DNA from: Pseudomonadota bacterium
GTDB lineage: Bacteria > Pseudomonadota > Gammaproteobacteria > DASZBR01
Reading direction: 5' to 3'
NCBI GenBank assembly: GCA_021777765.1
Contig: JAJYDF010000008.1
Location: forward strand, 19,022 to 83,021
Length of the DNA stretch: 64,000 bases
Part shown: positions 19,755 through 32,612 of the stretch, in pieces
Layout: the number at the start of each line of letters is the position of its first letter
Position numbering within the stretch: the first letter of the stretch is position 1
Translations under genes and position numbers: made by a program
The notes under the pieces: model-generated
The model's input: the letters and a program-made list of their open reading frames with translations, nothing else
Told to the model about the DNA's origin: nothing
The model's database searches: none

Positions 19755-20193
19755 GTGTTTTATATTTCTTACGAATATCTTGAATTGCTTTTAATTGCGC
19801 TATAGCTTGTGCTAATTCAGCAGTGGCTTTAGAGAATTCAATTTCGGAAATTTGATGACTTAACATTTCTTCAGCACGTTCTTTAGCTTCTAAGGCAGCA
19901 GCTTCATCTAAATCATGGGCGCGAATAGCGGTGTCAGCCAAGATGGTTGCTACATGAGGTTGTACTTCTATCATACCACCTGAAATATAAATGAGTTCCT
20001 CCTCGCCATCTGCTCGGGATAAACGGACTTGACCGGGTTTTAAAGCCGTTAGCAAGGGGGCGTGTTGTGGCAATATCCCCATTTCACCCATGATGCCGGT
20101 GACTGAGATGCTGGCGACTTGACCAGAAAATAACAATTTTTCGGCGCTGACGATGACTGCTTGGATGGTTGATGTTGCCATAAGATTACTCAT
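19744..20193 (-). CDS. atpC: ATP synthase F1 epsilon subunit
   Basis: Similar to E. coli AtpC (VVSAE...LADTAIR...EA). Start may instead be the internal Met at 20181. Confidence 0.88.
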   Translation of the reverse strand: MSNLMATSTIQAVIVSAEKLLFSGQVASISVTGIMGEMGILPQHAPLLTALKPGQVRLSRADGEEELIYISGGMIEVQPHVATILADTAIRAHDLDEAAALEAKERAEEMLSHQISEIEFSKATAELAQAIAQLKAIQDIRKKYKTHAS

Positions 20194-20207
20194 TAATATT
20201 TTCTATT

Positions 20208-20387
20208 TGTCATTCCCGCTCGCTCTGATAAACAGCGAACATACTGTACTTGCAAGCGGGAATCCATTACTGAAACTGTAAATAAATCATTTATTAAACT
20301 AAAAATAATATTTCAAAATTAAATTCGCTATAGATTCCCGCTTGAAACTTCATAAATTTTAATTAATCTTTCCTGGCGAGAATGACA
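20208..20387. repeat. cluster of REP-like family 2 units inserted between atpD and atpC
   Basis: Unit at 20208-20265 in reverse orientation (TGTCATTCCCGCTCGC...GCAAGCGGGAATCC) and a degenerate unit at 20332-20387 (AGATTCCCGCTTGA...GGCGAGAATGACA). The atpD-atpC spacer is 202 bp here but only ~20 bp in E. coli. Confidence 0.75.
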
Positions 20388-20395
20388 ACAAATTT

Positions 20396-21775
<1,380 letters not shown>

Positions 21776-21810
21776 TTAAAAATCCTCAAAAAAAATATTT
21801 TAAAATAAAT

Positions 21811-22671
21811 TTATACTGCTGCCGCACCGCCAATAATTTCTGCTAATTCTTGAGTAATAGCAGATTGACGTGCTTTATTGTAAATTAATTGCAAATCATT
21901 AATTAATTCTTTGGCGTTATCGGTTGCATTTTTCATTGCTAACATTTGTGCAGCATGCTGACAGGCCAAATTTTCAATCACTGCTTGGTAAACTTGTGAC
22001 TCGATATATCTTTTTAATAAAATATCTAACACCATTTTTGCATCAGGTTCATAAATATAATCCCAATATTCACCCAACTGTTTATCCTCAGCGGGAACTA
22101 TGGGTAATAATTGCGCAACTTGTGGTTTTTGCGTCATGCTATTCACAAATTCGTTGTAAACAATAAATAAACCATCAAGTTGTTCTTGATCATAAGCATC
22201 TAACATCACTTTAACGATACCAATTAAATCGGTAATGCTAGGGCTGTCACCTAAATGACTTGCCTTAGCAACAACATGTCCACCATGACGTTTAAAAAAA
22301 TTTTCCGCTTTACTACCCACTAAACAAAGATCAATGGCAATATTTTTTTGATGCCATTCTTGCATTGATGTCACGGCAGTTTTTAATAAATTGACATTCA
22401 AGCCGCCGCATAAACCTCGATCAGAAGTGACGATGATATAACCAATTCGTTTAATAGGACGTGCATTTAAATAAGGATGTTTATATTCAGGATGGCTTCT
22501 TGCTAAATGCCCAACAACCGTACGAATTTTTTGTGCATAAGGACGGGAAGCAAACATGCGATCTTGCGCTTTACGCATTTTACTCGCAGCAACCATTTCC
22601 ATTGCATGAGTAATTTTTTGAGTATTTTTAATACTCTGAATTTTTGTGCGAATTTCTTTGGTTGCTGCCAT
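21811..22671 (-). CDS. atpG: ATP synthase F1 gamma subunit
   Basis: 286 aa, [11 protein letters not shown]... is a typical AtpG N-terminus. Position in operon is canonical. Confidence 0.92.
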   Translation of the reverse strand: MAATKEIRTKIQSIKNTQKITHAMEMVAASKMRKAQDRMFASRPYAQKIRTVVGHLARSHPEYKHPYLNARPIKRIGYIIVTSDRGLCGGLNVNLLKTAVTSMQEWHQKNIAIDLCLVGSKAENFFKRHGGHVVAKASHLGDSPSITDLIGIVKVMLDAYDQEQLDGLFIVYNEFVNSMTQKPQVAQLLPIVPAEDKQLGEYWDYIYEPDAKMVLDILLKRYIESQVYQAVIENLACQHAAQMLAMKNATDNAKELINDLQLIYNKARQSAITQELAEIIGGAAAV

Positions 22672-22727
22672 TTATAAATACCTTACAATTTTTTCCATCT
22701 CTCTTTTCTGAGAGATGGAGATAAGTG

Positions 22728-24269
22728 TTACCAAGAATGCGTTGCTTTAAATTTAGTAATAATTTCTTTAAATGCTTTAGATACATCATCCGTCATTTCT
22801 GGTTTATGATTAATTTTTTCAATAATATCTGTATAGTTTTCTTTAAAATACGCTAATAATTCACGCTCAAAAGAAACCACTTTATTTAAATCCATATCAT
22901 CTAAAAACCCTTGATCAACAGCAAATAAACTTAATGCCATTTCAGCAATACTGAGTGGTTGATATTGTGGTTGTTTTAATACTTCTGTGACACGTTGACC
23001 ACGATCTAATTGTTTACGTGTTGTTTCATCTAAATCAGAAGCAAATTGTGCAAATGCAGCTAATTCGCGATATTGTGCTTGCGCTAATCGTATGCCCCCT
23101 GCCAATTTTTTAATGATTTTCGTTTGTGCAGCACCGCCCACACGAGATACAGAAAGACCCGCATTAATTGCAGGACGGATACCGGCATTAAATAAATTCG
23201 TTTCTAAGAATATTTGTCCGTCGGTAATGGAAATAACATTAGTGGGTACGAATGCAGAAACGTCACCCGCTTGCGTTTCAATAATCGGCAATGCGGTTAA
23301 TGAACCTGTTCGATCAGTGACAGCGCCTTTGGTCATTTTTTCAATAAACTTTTCATCAACACGCGCAGCACGTTCTAATAAACGTGAATGTAAATAAAAA
23401 ATATCGCCTGGATAAGCTTCCCGGCCTGGTGGGCGACGTAATAATAATGAAATCTGACGGTAAGCCCAGGCTTGCTTCGTTAAATCATCAAAAATAATTA
23501 AAGCGTCTTCACCTTTGTCGCGGAAATATTCACCCATTGAACAGCCAGAATAGGGAGCAATAAATTGCATTGAGGCAGCATCGGCTGCGGACGCCGCAAC
23601 GACGATGGTATGCGCCAACGCACCGTGTTCTTCTAATTTGTGTACCACGGCAGCTACAGAAGAGGCTTTTTGGCCAATAGCGACATAAATACATTTAACA
23701 CCAGTACCTTTTTGATTAATGATGGTATCAATCGCTACCGCTGTTTTCCCAGTTTGTCTATCGCCAATGATTAATTCACGTTGACCACGACCAATGGGAA
23801 CCATGGCATCAATCGATTTAATACCTGTTTGTAAAGGTTGTGATACCGATTTACGCGTAATAACACCCGGCGCAACTTTTTCAATAGGTGAACGACCTTG
23901 GGCTTGAATGGGACCTTTGCCATCAATGGGATTGCCTAAGGCATCGACTACGCGCCCTAGTAATGCTTCCCCCACAGGGACCTCTAAAATACGACCTGTA
24001 CATTTGGCAATTTGACCTTCAGCGAGAGAATCGTATGGGCCTAATACCACAGCACCGACAGAATTACGTTCTAGGTTTAATGCAACACCGAAAACGTTAC
24101 CGGGGAATTCGATCATTTCACCTTGCATTGCATCTGCAAGACCATGTATTCGAATAATACCGTCACGTATACTGACAATAATACCTTCTGTTCTGACTTC
24201 AGCAGAAATATCAAAATTTTCGATACGTTGTTTAATTAATTCGCTAATTTCAGCTGGACTTAATTCCAT
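22728..24269 (-). CDS. atpA: ATP synthase F1 alpha subunit
   Basis: Walker A GDRQTGKT. 513 aa. Confidence 0.95.
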   Translation of the reverse strand: MELSPAEISELIKQRIENFDISAEVRTEGIIVSIRDGIIRIHGLADAMQGEMIEFPGNVFGVALNLERNSVGAVVLGPYDSLAEGQIAKCTGRILEVPVGEALLGRVVDALGNPIDGKGPIQAQGRSPIEKVAPGVITRKSVSQPLQTGIKSIDAMVPIGRGQRELIIGDRQTGKTAVAIDTIINQKGTGVKCIYVAIGQKASSVAAVVHKLEEHGALAHTIVVAASAADAASMQFIAPYSGCSMGEYFRDKGEDALIIFDDLTKQAWAYRQISLLLRRPPGREAYPGDIFYLHSRLLERAARVDEKFIEKMTKGAVTDRTGSLTALPIIETQAGDVSAFVPTNVISITDGQIFLETNLFNAGIRPAINAGLSVSRVGGAAQTKIIKKLAGGIRLAQAQYRELAAFAQFASDLDETTRKQLDRGQRVTEVLKQPQYQPLSIAEMALSLFAVDQGFLDDMDLNKVVSFERELLAYFKENYTDIIEKINHKPEMTDDVSKAFKEIITKFKATHSW

Positions 24270-24292
24270 ACTCGTTCCTCATGACAAAATAT

Positions 24293-24829
24293 TTATGATG
24301 CAAGTGAATGTGCCATACGTAATAATTTACTACGCACTGAGCCATCAATGACTAAATCACCTGCACGAATAATTGCACCACCGATGAGATCGGGATTCAA
24401 TTCAAACACTAAATTAATATTACATTGCAGTCGTATTTTTAATGCTTGTAATAAGTTATTTTTAATAGCTTTTGACAAAGGTAATGCAGAAGTCACAATG
24501 ACTGTGATTAATTTTTCGCGGTCCGCGCGATAGACTTCAAATAATTTAGCAATTTCCGGTAATGCCGCTAACCTTTTTTGCTCAGCCAAGGCGTTAAGTA
24601 AATTATTTGCTTGTTCATTTTTATCTTTACTGCAAATGGCAATTAGAATTTCGACAAGTTGTTGGTCTGTTACACGCGGGTCAGTGATTAATTTTTTTAA
24701 TTGAGGATCATCTGCAGCCAATGACAATATGCCAAGTATATTTGACCATTGCGTTAAAGTATTTTGCGCTAATGCCAAATCAAAAATGGCTTTGGCATAA
24801 GGTCGTGCAATTGTCGCTGAATCTGCCAT
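24293..24829 (-). CDS. atpH: ATP synthase F1 delta subunit
   Basis: 178 aa. N-terminal ATIARPYAKAIFD is OSCP/delta-like. Confidence 0.9.
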   Translation of the reverse strand: MADSATIARPYAKAIFDLALAQNTLTQWSNILGILSLAADDPQLKKLITDPRVTDQQLVEILIAICSKDKNEQANNLLNALAEQKRLAALPEIAKLFEVYRADREKLITVIVTSALPLSKAIKNNLLQALKIRLQCNINLVFELNPDLIGGAIIRAGDLVIDGSVRSKLLRMAHSLAS

Positions 24830-24833
24830 TAAA

Positions 24834-25304
24834 TTAGATCTCGGTAATTAATTGTTGTAACAAATCATGATCAGAGCTGGTATCAATATGACGTTGTAAT
24901 ATTTTTTCAGCGCCACTGATTGCAATGCCTGCTAATTGTTTACGTAATTCTTGCTTTGCCGCTTCTCTTTCTTGTTCGATTTCTGATTTTGAAAGGACCA
25001 ATAATCTATTACCTTCTTCACGAGCACGTTCTTTCGCTTCGTCAATAATGCGACCTGCGCGTTTATTCGCTTGATCGAGAATATCAGCGGCTTGAATTTT
25101 AGCATCACGTAATAATTCGGCGGATTTATGTTGCGATAGTTCTAATTCATAAACGCCTTTTTCTGCAGCAGCGAGACCCTCAGCAATTTTAGCTTTGCGT
25201 TCATCCATTACTTTCATAATGGGTGGCCAAATATATTTCATTGTGATCCACACTAATAATGTGAATGTAATGAATTGACCTATGATAGTTGCATTTATTT
25301 CCAT
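24834..25304 (-). CDS. atpF: ATP synthase F0 b subunit
   Basis: Single N-terminal TM helix followed by a long charged coiled coil. Start chosen at the internal Met (MEINATIIGQ...) to give ~156 aa. The ORF extends upstream to 25358. Confidence 0.85.
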   Translation of the reverse strand: MEINATIIGQFITFTLLVWITMKYIWPPIMKVMDERKAKIAEGLAAAEKGVYELELSQHKSAELLRDAKIQAADILDQANKRAGRIIDEAKERAREEGNRLLVLSKSEIEQEREAAKQELRKQLAGIAISGAEKILQRHIDTSSDHDLLQQLITEI

Positions 25305-25378
25305 TACTGTTAAACCTCTTTTACTGTGCTTGCTACTAAAACAAACAGCAATCGTCAAAATTCAAAATTGTATTTAAA

Positions 25379-26518
<1,140 letters not shown>

Positions 26519-26534
26519 TCACTTTATAAAAAGA

Positions 26535-26912
26535 TTATTTAAGAATAAAAGCTGCAGTCACCCAAAAAGTAATTAAAGCCACAAAATAACCAATAAAAAT
26601 TGCGCTCAGCATCACAGGTAGCCATTTAACGATGGCTAGAAATAAAAATGCGCTTAACGCTAATTTAAGTAATTCAGTGCGGTAAAAAACACTTACAAAT
26701 TTTTTTGCCTGTGTTTCTATTCGATGAAACAACATATAGGCAAAATAAAAATTGGGAAGTATCCATACACATCCACCCAATCCAATGGAATATGCGAATT
26801 TTGTGTCTGCAAATATCAGCACAATTAAGCTGATAATCATTATCACGCTAGCAGGTATGGCCACTAATCGGTAGGCTGCATTGCGCAGAGAATGCAACAC
26901 TATCTTGGACAC
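26535..26912 (-). CDS. atpI: ATP synthase protein I
   Basis: 125-aa hydrophobic protein at the head of the atp operon. Confidence 0.75.
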   Translation of the reverse strand: MSKIVLHSLRNAAYRLVAIPASVIMIISLIVLIFADTKFAYSIGLGGCVWILPNFYFAYMLFHRIETQAKKFVSVFYRTELLKLALSAFLFLAIVKWLPVMLSAIFIGYFVALITFWVTAAFILK

Positions 26913-27157
26913 ATGACTCCTTAAAATTTTTTAGCCAGCTAAAGATCGTCTGCTAGTATAGAGAACAAAATCTTTTTAGGCAACCGTTATTGTTGATGGA
27001 TGGGGATGTATTTGAAAAAATATCGCTAAGTAATTTAATGCAAGAAAAGCTGATAATTTATTGATCATTTTAAAATTCAATTTGTCAGTAATTGTGCTTA
27101 ATAATTCTGCATTGCAGAAATTACATATTGTATTTTGGAAGTTACCAATATCAAAAT

Positions 27158-27472
27158 TTATATGCCGGTTATTAAGAAATCTAATGACGCTATTATTTCA
27201 TTTCTTCTATTTTGTAGCGATCCTATTTTATGTGTTAGCAAACGGATAGATATCGAAGCTAATTCGGCAGTAGACATCATAACTGTCGTATTTTGAATGG
27301 TAAATTGTGGCATTAAATTATTGAGAGGTTTTTTTACTTTGCTTGATAATACCAGAGGGATAACTACACGGGTGGAAAGTTCGCTCAATAAATCTGATTG
27401 TACATCCAATAGAAATGGCATATTTTTTTTGCTTTCGGGATTAGTATTTGCATAAATATCAAATTGCGCCAT
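27158..27472 (-). CDS. ccdB: CcdB-family toxin (gyrase poison)
   Basis: Aligns with F-plasmid CcdB (LLDVQSD, VIPL, MMSTAEL/MMTTDMASV, C-terminal ...GI). 104 aa. Confidence 0.85.
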   Translation of the reverse strand: MAQFDIYANTNPESKKNMPFLLDVQSDLLSELSTRVVIPLVLSSKVKKPLNNLMPQFTIQNTTVMMSTAELASISIRLLTHKIGSLQNRRNEIIASLDFLITGI

Positions 27473-27720
27473 TAGAATTGTCGAACTCCATCACTAAATA
27501 ATCCATCTTTCTCCATACGTTTATTATATTCATCAATGGCGCTCTGATTTTCTTTTAACCATTGTGCTCTATGGGCTTTGCTTATTAATTCAACGAGCCG
27601 CTCTTCTAATGTCTGTGAAAGATTGATGTGAAGCGATTTAGCCTGTTTAAGCAAGTCATCACTAATGCTGAGATTTGTTGCTCTTTTGGGTGATTGGGCA
27701 TAATGGAAATGCGTGTTCAT
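27472..27720 (-). CDS. ccdA: CcdA-family antitoxin
   Basis: 82 aa. W(K/L)xENQ and NKRxEKDGLFSD motifs resemble F-plasmid CcdA. Overlaps the ccdB start by 1 nt (ATGA). Confidence 0.8.
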   Translation of the reverse strand: MNTHFHYAQSPKRATNLSISDDLLKQAKSLHINLSQTLEERLVELISKAHRAQWLKENQSAIDEYNKRMEKDGLFSDGVRQF

Positions 27721-27904
27721 AATGTGCCTCTTAAATGCGCATGATAATATATAAATTATATACGCATATTAGATGATTTGGAAGTATATCAATAGTGCAG
27801 TAATTCATTTTTTAAAACCGATTTTAAATTTCCATAGTTGCGGGGTTTATAATCTTATTGCAAGATGTTCTTCAACGTAATGAAATACACCCAAGGATCT
27901 CATA

Positions 27905-28300
27905 ATGGAAAAACCTAATCCAACCAGCGGTTTGCGACATATTGCGCTTTTTGTTAAAAACTTAGAGGCTTGTGTAGATTTTTATACAAAATTAATAGAT
28001 ATGAAAATTGAATGGCAACCTGATGCTGACAATTATTATTTAACATCGGGGCATGATAATTTGGCATTACACCGATTAAAATCGGATACCCCCTTTAATG
28101 GTCCGCAGCGCTTAGATCATGTGGGATTTATTTTGAATGAACTTGCTGATGTTGAACAATGGTGTGAATATTTGCGTGTTAATAATGTCATCATTAAAGC
28201 CGAACCCAGAACACATCGCGATGGTACGCGAAGTTTTTATTGCGCTGATCCGGATGGTAATTTGGTACAAATGATTTATCATCCAGCGCTGGTAAAATGA
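27905..28300 (+). CDS. VOC-family (glyoxalase/bleomycin-resistance-like) protein
   Basis: 131 aa. GLRHIALFVKNLEACVDFY and LDHVGF are typical of the VOC fold. Confidence 0.75.
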   Translation: MEKPNPTSGLRHIALFVKNLEACVDFYTKLIDMKIEWQPDADNYYLTSGHDNLALHRLKSDTPFNGPQRLDHVGFILNELADVEQWCEYLRVNNVIIKAEPRTHRDGTRSFYCADPDGNLVQMIYHPALVK

Positions 28301-28306
28301 TTAATT

Positions 28307-28410
28307 ATGTAGCCTGGGTGAAATCAAAAAATGTCTTTGGATAATATGATAATATAATTTATTAAGATGAACTTGATTAAAATTTCAGGCGTAGCCCAGG
28401 AGTAAATCTG
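28307..28410. repeat. small-repeat family 3 pair (GTAGCCTGGGTGAAATC ... GTAGCCCAGGAGTAAATC) flanking 65 bp
   Basis: ATGTAGCCTGGGTGAA at 28307-28322 also occurs inverted at 55741-55756. The second unit has its CCTGG/CCAGG core flipped. Confidence 0.6.
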
Positions 28411-28417
28411 CTCAAAA

Positions 28418-28469
28418 TTTTTTTCCTTCTCCCGCTTGCGGGAGAAGGTGCCGAAGGCGTATGAGGGTG
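28418..28469. repeat. REP-like family 1 unit
   Basis: TTTTTTCCTTCTCCCGCTTGCGGGAGAAGGTGCCGAAGGCGTATGAGGGTG. Internal stem CTTCTCCCGC/GCGGGAGAAG. Confidence 0.85.
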
Positions 28470-28524
28470 AATCAAACATATGACAAAATTTTATTTCTAT
28501 TCTGCAGATTAATTAATTCACATT

Positions 28525-29793
28525 TTAATTAACAAGTATACTGACAATCTCATCTTCGATATTGGTTTGCGATTTAACTTTTCCAACAAAATTATTCATA
28601 AAAATAACAAAAGCATAAACTTGATTATTATTAGTATATGCATAGCCTGAAAGTGAGCTGACGCCACCCATTGTACCTGTCTTCGCATGCACACGACCCA
28701 TAATATTTCGCGATAACATGCGATTTTTCAATGTTCCATCATATCCAGCGATGGGTAAAGCATTGATAAAATAAATTGCGATAGCTTGATCATGATAAAC
28801 ATAATTTAATAATTGTAATGTCTGTTGAGGTGTAATTAAATCATAACGAGAAAGGCCCGAACCGTCGACAATCTTCGCTTGTGAAAAATTGATATGATAA
28901 CGTTGATTAAGGATGGTTTGCATTGCCAATACACCATTATCCCAATTACCTGCTTGTTTAAAATAGGTACTACCTAAAGTTTTTAATAATGAATTTGCAA
29001 TAAGGTTATCTGAATTTTTTAGCATTTGCGTGACTAGCGCAGACAATGGTTGAGAAACTTGATCAGCAATTATTTTTGCTTGTCTATCAACGGTTCCTGA
29101 TAATATTTTTCCTTGAAGGAAAATATGATTTTGCTGTAATGATTGATAAATTAATGTTGTTGCTGTGTGATAAGGAAATTGAATGGCGGGATCATTATCA
29201 TCAATCGTTGAGTTTAATGGGACAATACAATTATGATTTATCATGACGGCGTCTACTGGCGCAGCATAACAATATTTTAAATCATCCCACATCCAGCCTG
29301 GTGCAATGTCGTAATTATCATACTGGCTATTATCAATATAAAAATTGCCTTTTATTCTGCTAATGCCACTCTGTTTAAGTTGCCGTATTAAATTTTTAAC
29401 TTGTTGTGCCGTTAAATCGGGGTCGCCCGTATATTTCATATAAATATCATTATTATTCCTATAAATTGTTGTGTGATATTGATACGCTGGCCCTAAATAA
29501 ATCAATGCTGCAGCGGCGGTAAATAATTTCATATTACTGGCAGGTACAAAGGGCAAATTAAAATTTTTTACATAAACAATTTGTCCTGTCTGTAATGATT
29601 GAATCGCAATGCCTCTTACTGCATGAGTGCCAGATGCGGCGGTAATAGTATCAATTTGATTTTGTAGAGTGGCTTGATTAAGTTGAGTAGTAACACAGGC
29701 TGTTAATGAGGAGCATACAATGATACAAAATAACGTGATATTTTTTTTAAATAGACTGTTTTTTATAATTGAATGAATAAGTCTAGATTGCAT
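28525..29793 (-). CDS. dacB: D-alanyl-D-alanine carboxypeptidase/endopeptidase (PBP4 family)
   Basis: Signal peptide, SNMK (SxxK) and KTGT motifs. 422 aa with PBP4-like architecture. Confidence 0.8.
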   Translation of the reverse strand: MQSRLIHSIIKNSLFKKNITLFCIIVCSSLTACVTTQLNQATLQNQIDTITAASGTHAVRGIAIQSLQTGQIVYVKNFNLPFVPASNMKLFTAAAALIYLGPAYQYHTTIYRNNNDIYMKYTGDPDLTAQQVKNLIRQLKQSGISRIKGNFYIDNSQYDNYDIAPGWMWDDLKYCYAAPVDAVMINHNCIVPLNSTIDDNDPAIQFPYHTATTLIYQSLQQNHIFLQGKILSGTVDRQAKIIADQVSQPLSALVTQMLKNSDNLIANSLLKTLGSTYFKQAGNWDNGVLAMQTILNQRYHINFSQAKIVDGSGLSRYDLITPQQTLQLLNYVYHDQAIAIYFINALPIAGYDGTLKNRMLSRNIMGRVHAKTGTMGGVSSLSGYAYTNNNQVYAFVIFMNNFVGKVKSQTNIEDEIVSILVN

Positions 29794-29914
29794 AAATGGC
29801 TGTCCTTAAATTATGCCTATAATCATTTCCGAATTTTATGCCAGATAGTATTTGTTGAATTACATAATTAATATATGGGGCATTAATATCAAATGTTTTT
29901 ATCTTATTCTTGCG

Positions 29915-29943
29915 AAAAGTCTAGCATTAATTGCTAGACTTTT
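29915..29943. terminator. perfect 12-bp stem / 5-nt loop hairpin, likely bidirectional intrinsic terminator
   Basis: AAAAGTCTAGCA-TTAAT-TGCTAGACTTTT followed by T. Lies 15 bp downstream of the LRR gene stop on the minus strand. Confidence 0.7.
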
Positions 29944-29957
29944 TGAAAATTTAAAAT

Positions 29958-30689
29958 CTAAATGCGCATACCTGCTAATTGTTCTCTCAGTGTCAAAATA
30001 TCTTTAAAATCATAACCAGCACCCGCATATGAAAATGTAAGAGACAAACGATTATTTGTAGACTGAATAGCGTCATTGATCGCTTTGATATTGTTATCAT
30101 CAAAATCATCAAATTGAATATTTTGTACTGACAAATCGACATTTTTAAGAGCAGGATGATTATTCATTGATTGAATTAATGCCAATACTCCAGCTTTACT
30201 AAAACAGTTATTTCCTAATTTTAATATTTCCAGTTTTGGATTTTGAAGAATTATTTTTATGATATGGAGAATGGCATTGTCGCCTAATAGATTATCATTC
30301 AATTTAAGTTCAGTTAATGAGCTATTGTTAAGCGCTGTTGCAATTTGTGCAATACTCTCAGTTGTTAATTCATTATTGGCTAAAGTGAGCGTTCTAATAT
30401 CGTTTCTCTTCATGACTAATTGCGCTAATGCCAACGCGCCTTGAGAGCCCAGTTTATTGGTCCAGCAGATAAGAGAAGTAACGGTTTTAGCTTTTTCTAA
30501 AGTTGCAATTATGGTTGATAATTGTGCTTGTGATAATGGGAAATATAATAGTTCAAGTGATTTGAAATTAGGATTGCCTGTAATACAAGTTGCACAGAAA
30601 TGATTAACTTCTTCAGTAGAATTAAATTCCAGGCTTTGTCGCACAATATCTTCACGTTGGCTTGCTGGTGAAACTTTGAATAAATTCAT
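29958..30689 (-). CDS. RNI-like leucine-rich-repeat protein, eukaryotic-like effector candidate
   Basis: Repeats such as LTELKLNDNLLGDNAILHIIKIILQNPKLEILKLGNNCFSKAGVLALIQSM match the ribonuclease-inhibitor-type LRR pattern. Confidence 0.75.
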   Translation of the reverse strand: MNLFKVSPASQREDIVRQSLEFNSTEEVNHFCATCITGNPNFKSLELLYFPLSQAQLSTIIATLEKAKTVTSLICWTNKLGSQGALALAQLVMKRNDIRTLTLANNELTTESIAQIATALNNSSLTELKLNDNLLGDNAILHIIKIILQNPKLEILKLGNNCFSKAGVLALIQSMNNHPALKNVDLSVQNIQFDDFDDNNIKAINDAIQSTNNRLSLTFSYAGAGYDFKDILTLREQLAGMRI

Positions 30690-30813
30690 TTACTTTTCTC
30701 CCATTTTGTTGTGAATTTAAAATTTGAAAATGATTTCATGGTGTATTCGAAAAAATATATTAACATATATAACCTTGGCTCTCTACTTAGAAAGTTTTTT
30801 GTATTGAAGACTT

Positions 30814-31431
30814 TTAATCCCAAGAAACTGATAATTCAGGTAAATTGAATAAATCGTATTTAGCATATACTAAAGTATCGCTAATCTCACCATTTACATT
30901 AAGTCGATTCGATTTAACAAAAGATTCTAATGTATAATTCAATCTCTCTGGAATTAATTTGCTCCGAATATTATTAACATCACAGGTAATTGAAATTCGT
31001 TTAATACCTAATTGTTTAAATGCATATTGTGTAATTGCATTAACTGCTTCGGTCATTAATCCTTGTTTGGCGCATGATGATCTAATCCAGTATCCTGTTT
31101 CAATCATTGGAATTTCCCAATCGTAATTATGATACCCAGTGGCACCAATAAATTGATAAGTATTTTTATCAAAAATAAATAACGGTAAATAAGGATCTTC
31201 ATTCTTTTTCAAAATCCAGTTAGCCACAGCTTGTCTGATAAAAATCTCAGTTTCTTCTATTGAGGGTTTATGTTGCGCCCAAGGCATAAATTGATATAGC
31301 TCATTAAATGATTCACTAACTGCTTCATTCACAGCGCTTCCGTCACCTATTTGTGGTGGTCTTAAGATGAGGTGTGGTGTAGTAATGGGCATTGGTAAAT
31401 CTATTAAAATTGGATTGATTATCTTTTTCAT
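30814..31431 (-). CDS. GNAT-family N-acetyltransferase (RimJ/RimL-like)
   Basis: 205 aa. IGATGYHNYDW...ETGYWI and CAKQGLMTEAVNAITQYAF fit the GNAT core. Confidence 0.7.
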   Translation of the reverse strand: MKKIINPILIDLPMPITTPHLILRPPQIGDGSAVNEAVSESFNELYQFMPWAQHKPSIEETEIFIRQAVANWILKKNEDPYLPLFIFDKNTYQFIGATGYHNYDWEIPMIETGYWIRSSCAKQGLMTEAVNAITQYAFKQLGIKRISITCDVNNIRSKLIPERLNYTLESFVKSNRLNVNGEISDTLVYAKYDLFNLPELSVSWD

Positions 31432-31838
31432 TAATGATGCCTCTCAGTAAAAAAAGGAGTTATTGTTTTTTATTCAAAACTATTTGTATTCTCTTAGGTT
31501 GTTATCAGGTAATAGAAGCTCAATGAGTTGTTGGTAATTACCGCAGTCAGCTGCTTGTAGTGCTTTTATATGATCATATATTTGTGGTCATTTTATGATT
31601 TAAGTAGGACAATGTGGCAAGATGCTCTCTAGTGAACATGCCAAATCGAGAGATAGGGCTTCAGGAACCATTAAATTTTGCGACGCATTTGCGTCGCAAA
31701 ATTTGTCATAATTTTATAAGTGCTACAGATTTTTTTATTATATTCTTCTAATAATAAAATGATACTGGTCGAGTTTTTCCTATCTCATATCCCATTTTAG
31801 GATAAAAATTTATCACTGATATTTACAATATTCTCATA

Positions 31839-32525
31839 CTAAGCTTCATAGAAAGTTGGTGCGAATACTAAATCACGTATGCAAATATTTTGAGGTTGTT
31901 CGTAAACCCATAATACTGCTTTAGCAAAATCTTCTGGTTTGATAGCATGATCATCGCTTAAATGTGACGTCATTAACATTGGTGTTTGAATTTTAGCTGG
32001 AGCAATATTGCTGATTCTTATGCCATATTTTGCATTATCTTGTCTTAGCGATTCGCTGAGACTTTTAACTGCTGCTTTGGATGCAGCATAACTCGCAAGA
32101 TTGGGTCTAGATTTTCTATCCGCTAATGAACTGATATTGATGATCGTTCCGGTTTTTCGTTCGCGCATTTTAGGCAGGGCTACTTCTATACCATGCATGA
32201 CACCGATCACATTTACATTAATTGTATTTTGGTGTTCTTCATGATTAATTTCTGTGAACTCTCCGCCTTTGGCGTACCCTGCATTATTAATTAAACAATC
32301 AACTGGTCCTAATTTACTTTCAATAAGATTAATGGCATTTGATAACTCGACATAATTTGTTACATCTGCTGATACACAAATTGTATCTGTTAAATTTAAG
32401 TCTTCCATTGCTTTAATGTTTCTAGCGATTAATCCTAATGAATATCCTGCATCAGAAAATGCGATTGCCAAATATTTTCCGATTCCTGAACTCGCGCCGG
32501 TAATTATTACAAGTGGTTTATTCAT
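31839..32525 (-). CDS. short-chain dehydrogenase/reductase (SDR)
   Basis: TGASSGIG Rossmann motif, NNAG motif, YAASK (YxxxK) catalytic motif. Confidence 0.88.
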   Translation of the reverse strand: MNKPLVIITGASSGIGKYLAIAFSDAGYSLGLIARNIKAMEDLNLTDTICVSADVTNYVELSNAINLIESKLGPVDCLINNAGYAKGGEFTEINHEEHQNTINVNVIGVMHGIEVALPKMRERKTGTIINISSLADRKSRPNLASYAASKAAVKSLSESLRQDNAKYGIRISNIAPAKIQTPMLMTSHLSDDHAIKPEDFAKAVLWVYEQPQNICIRDLVFAPTFYEA

Positions 32526-32547
32526 ATACTATCCTTTTAGATAATTT

Positions 32548-32595
32548 TAAGTAGCCCAGACACAACGCTGAGCTTCTTTGTCCGGGCTACTTTTA
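32548..32595. repeat. hairpin containing the family-3 core (AGTAGCCCAGACA...TGTCCGGGCTACT)
   Basis: 13-bp inverted arms with one mismatch, between the coq7 stop and the SDR start. Confidence 0.5.
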
Positions 32596-32612
32596 ATGAA
32601 TGAATGATTTAT

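Noticed and set aside
27061-27249. 62-aa ORF in the atpI-ccdB intergenic region
   Set aside because: It overlaps the ccdB 3' end, has no RBS and is a low-complexity hydrophobic peptide. It is more likely promoter or UTR sequence for the atp operon.
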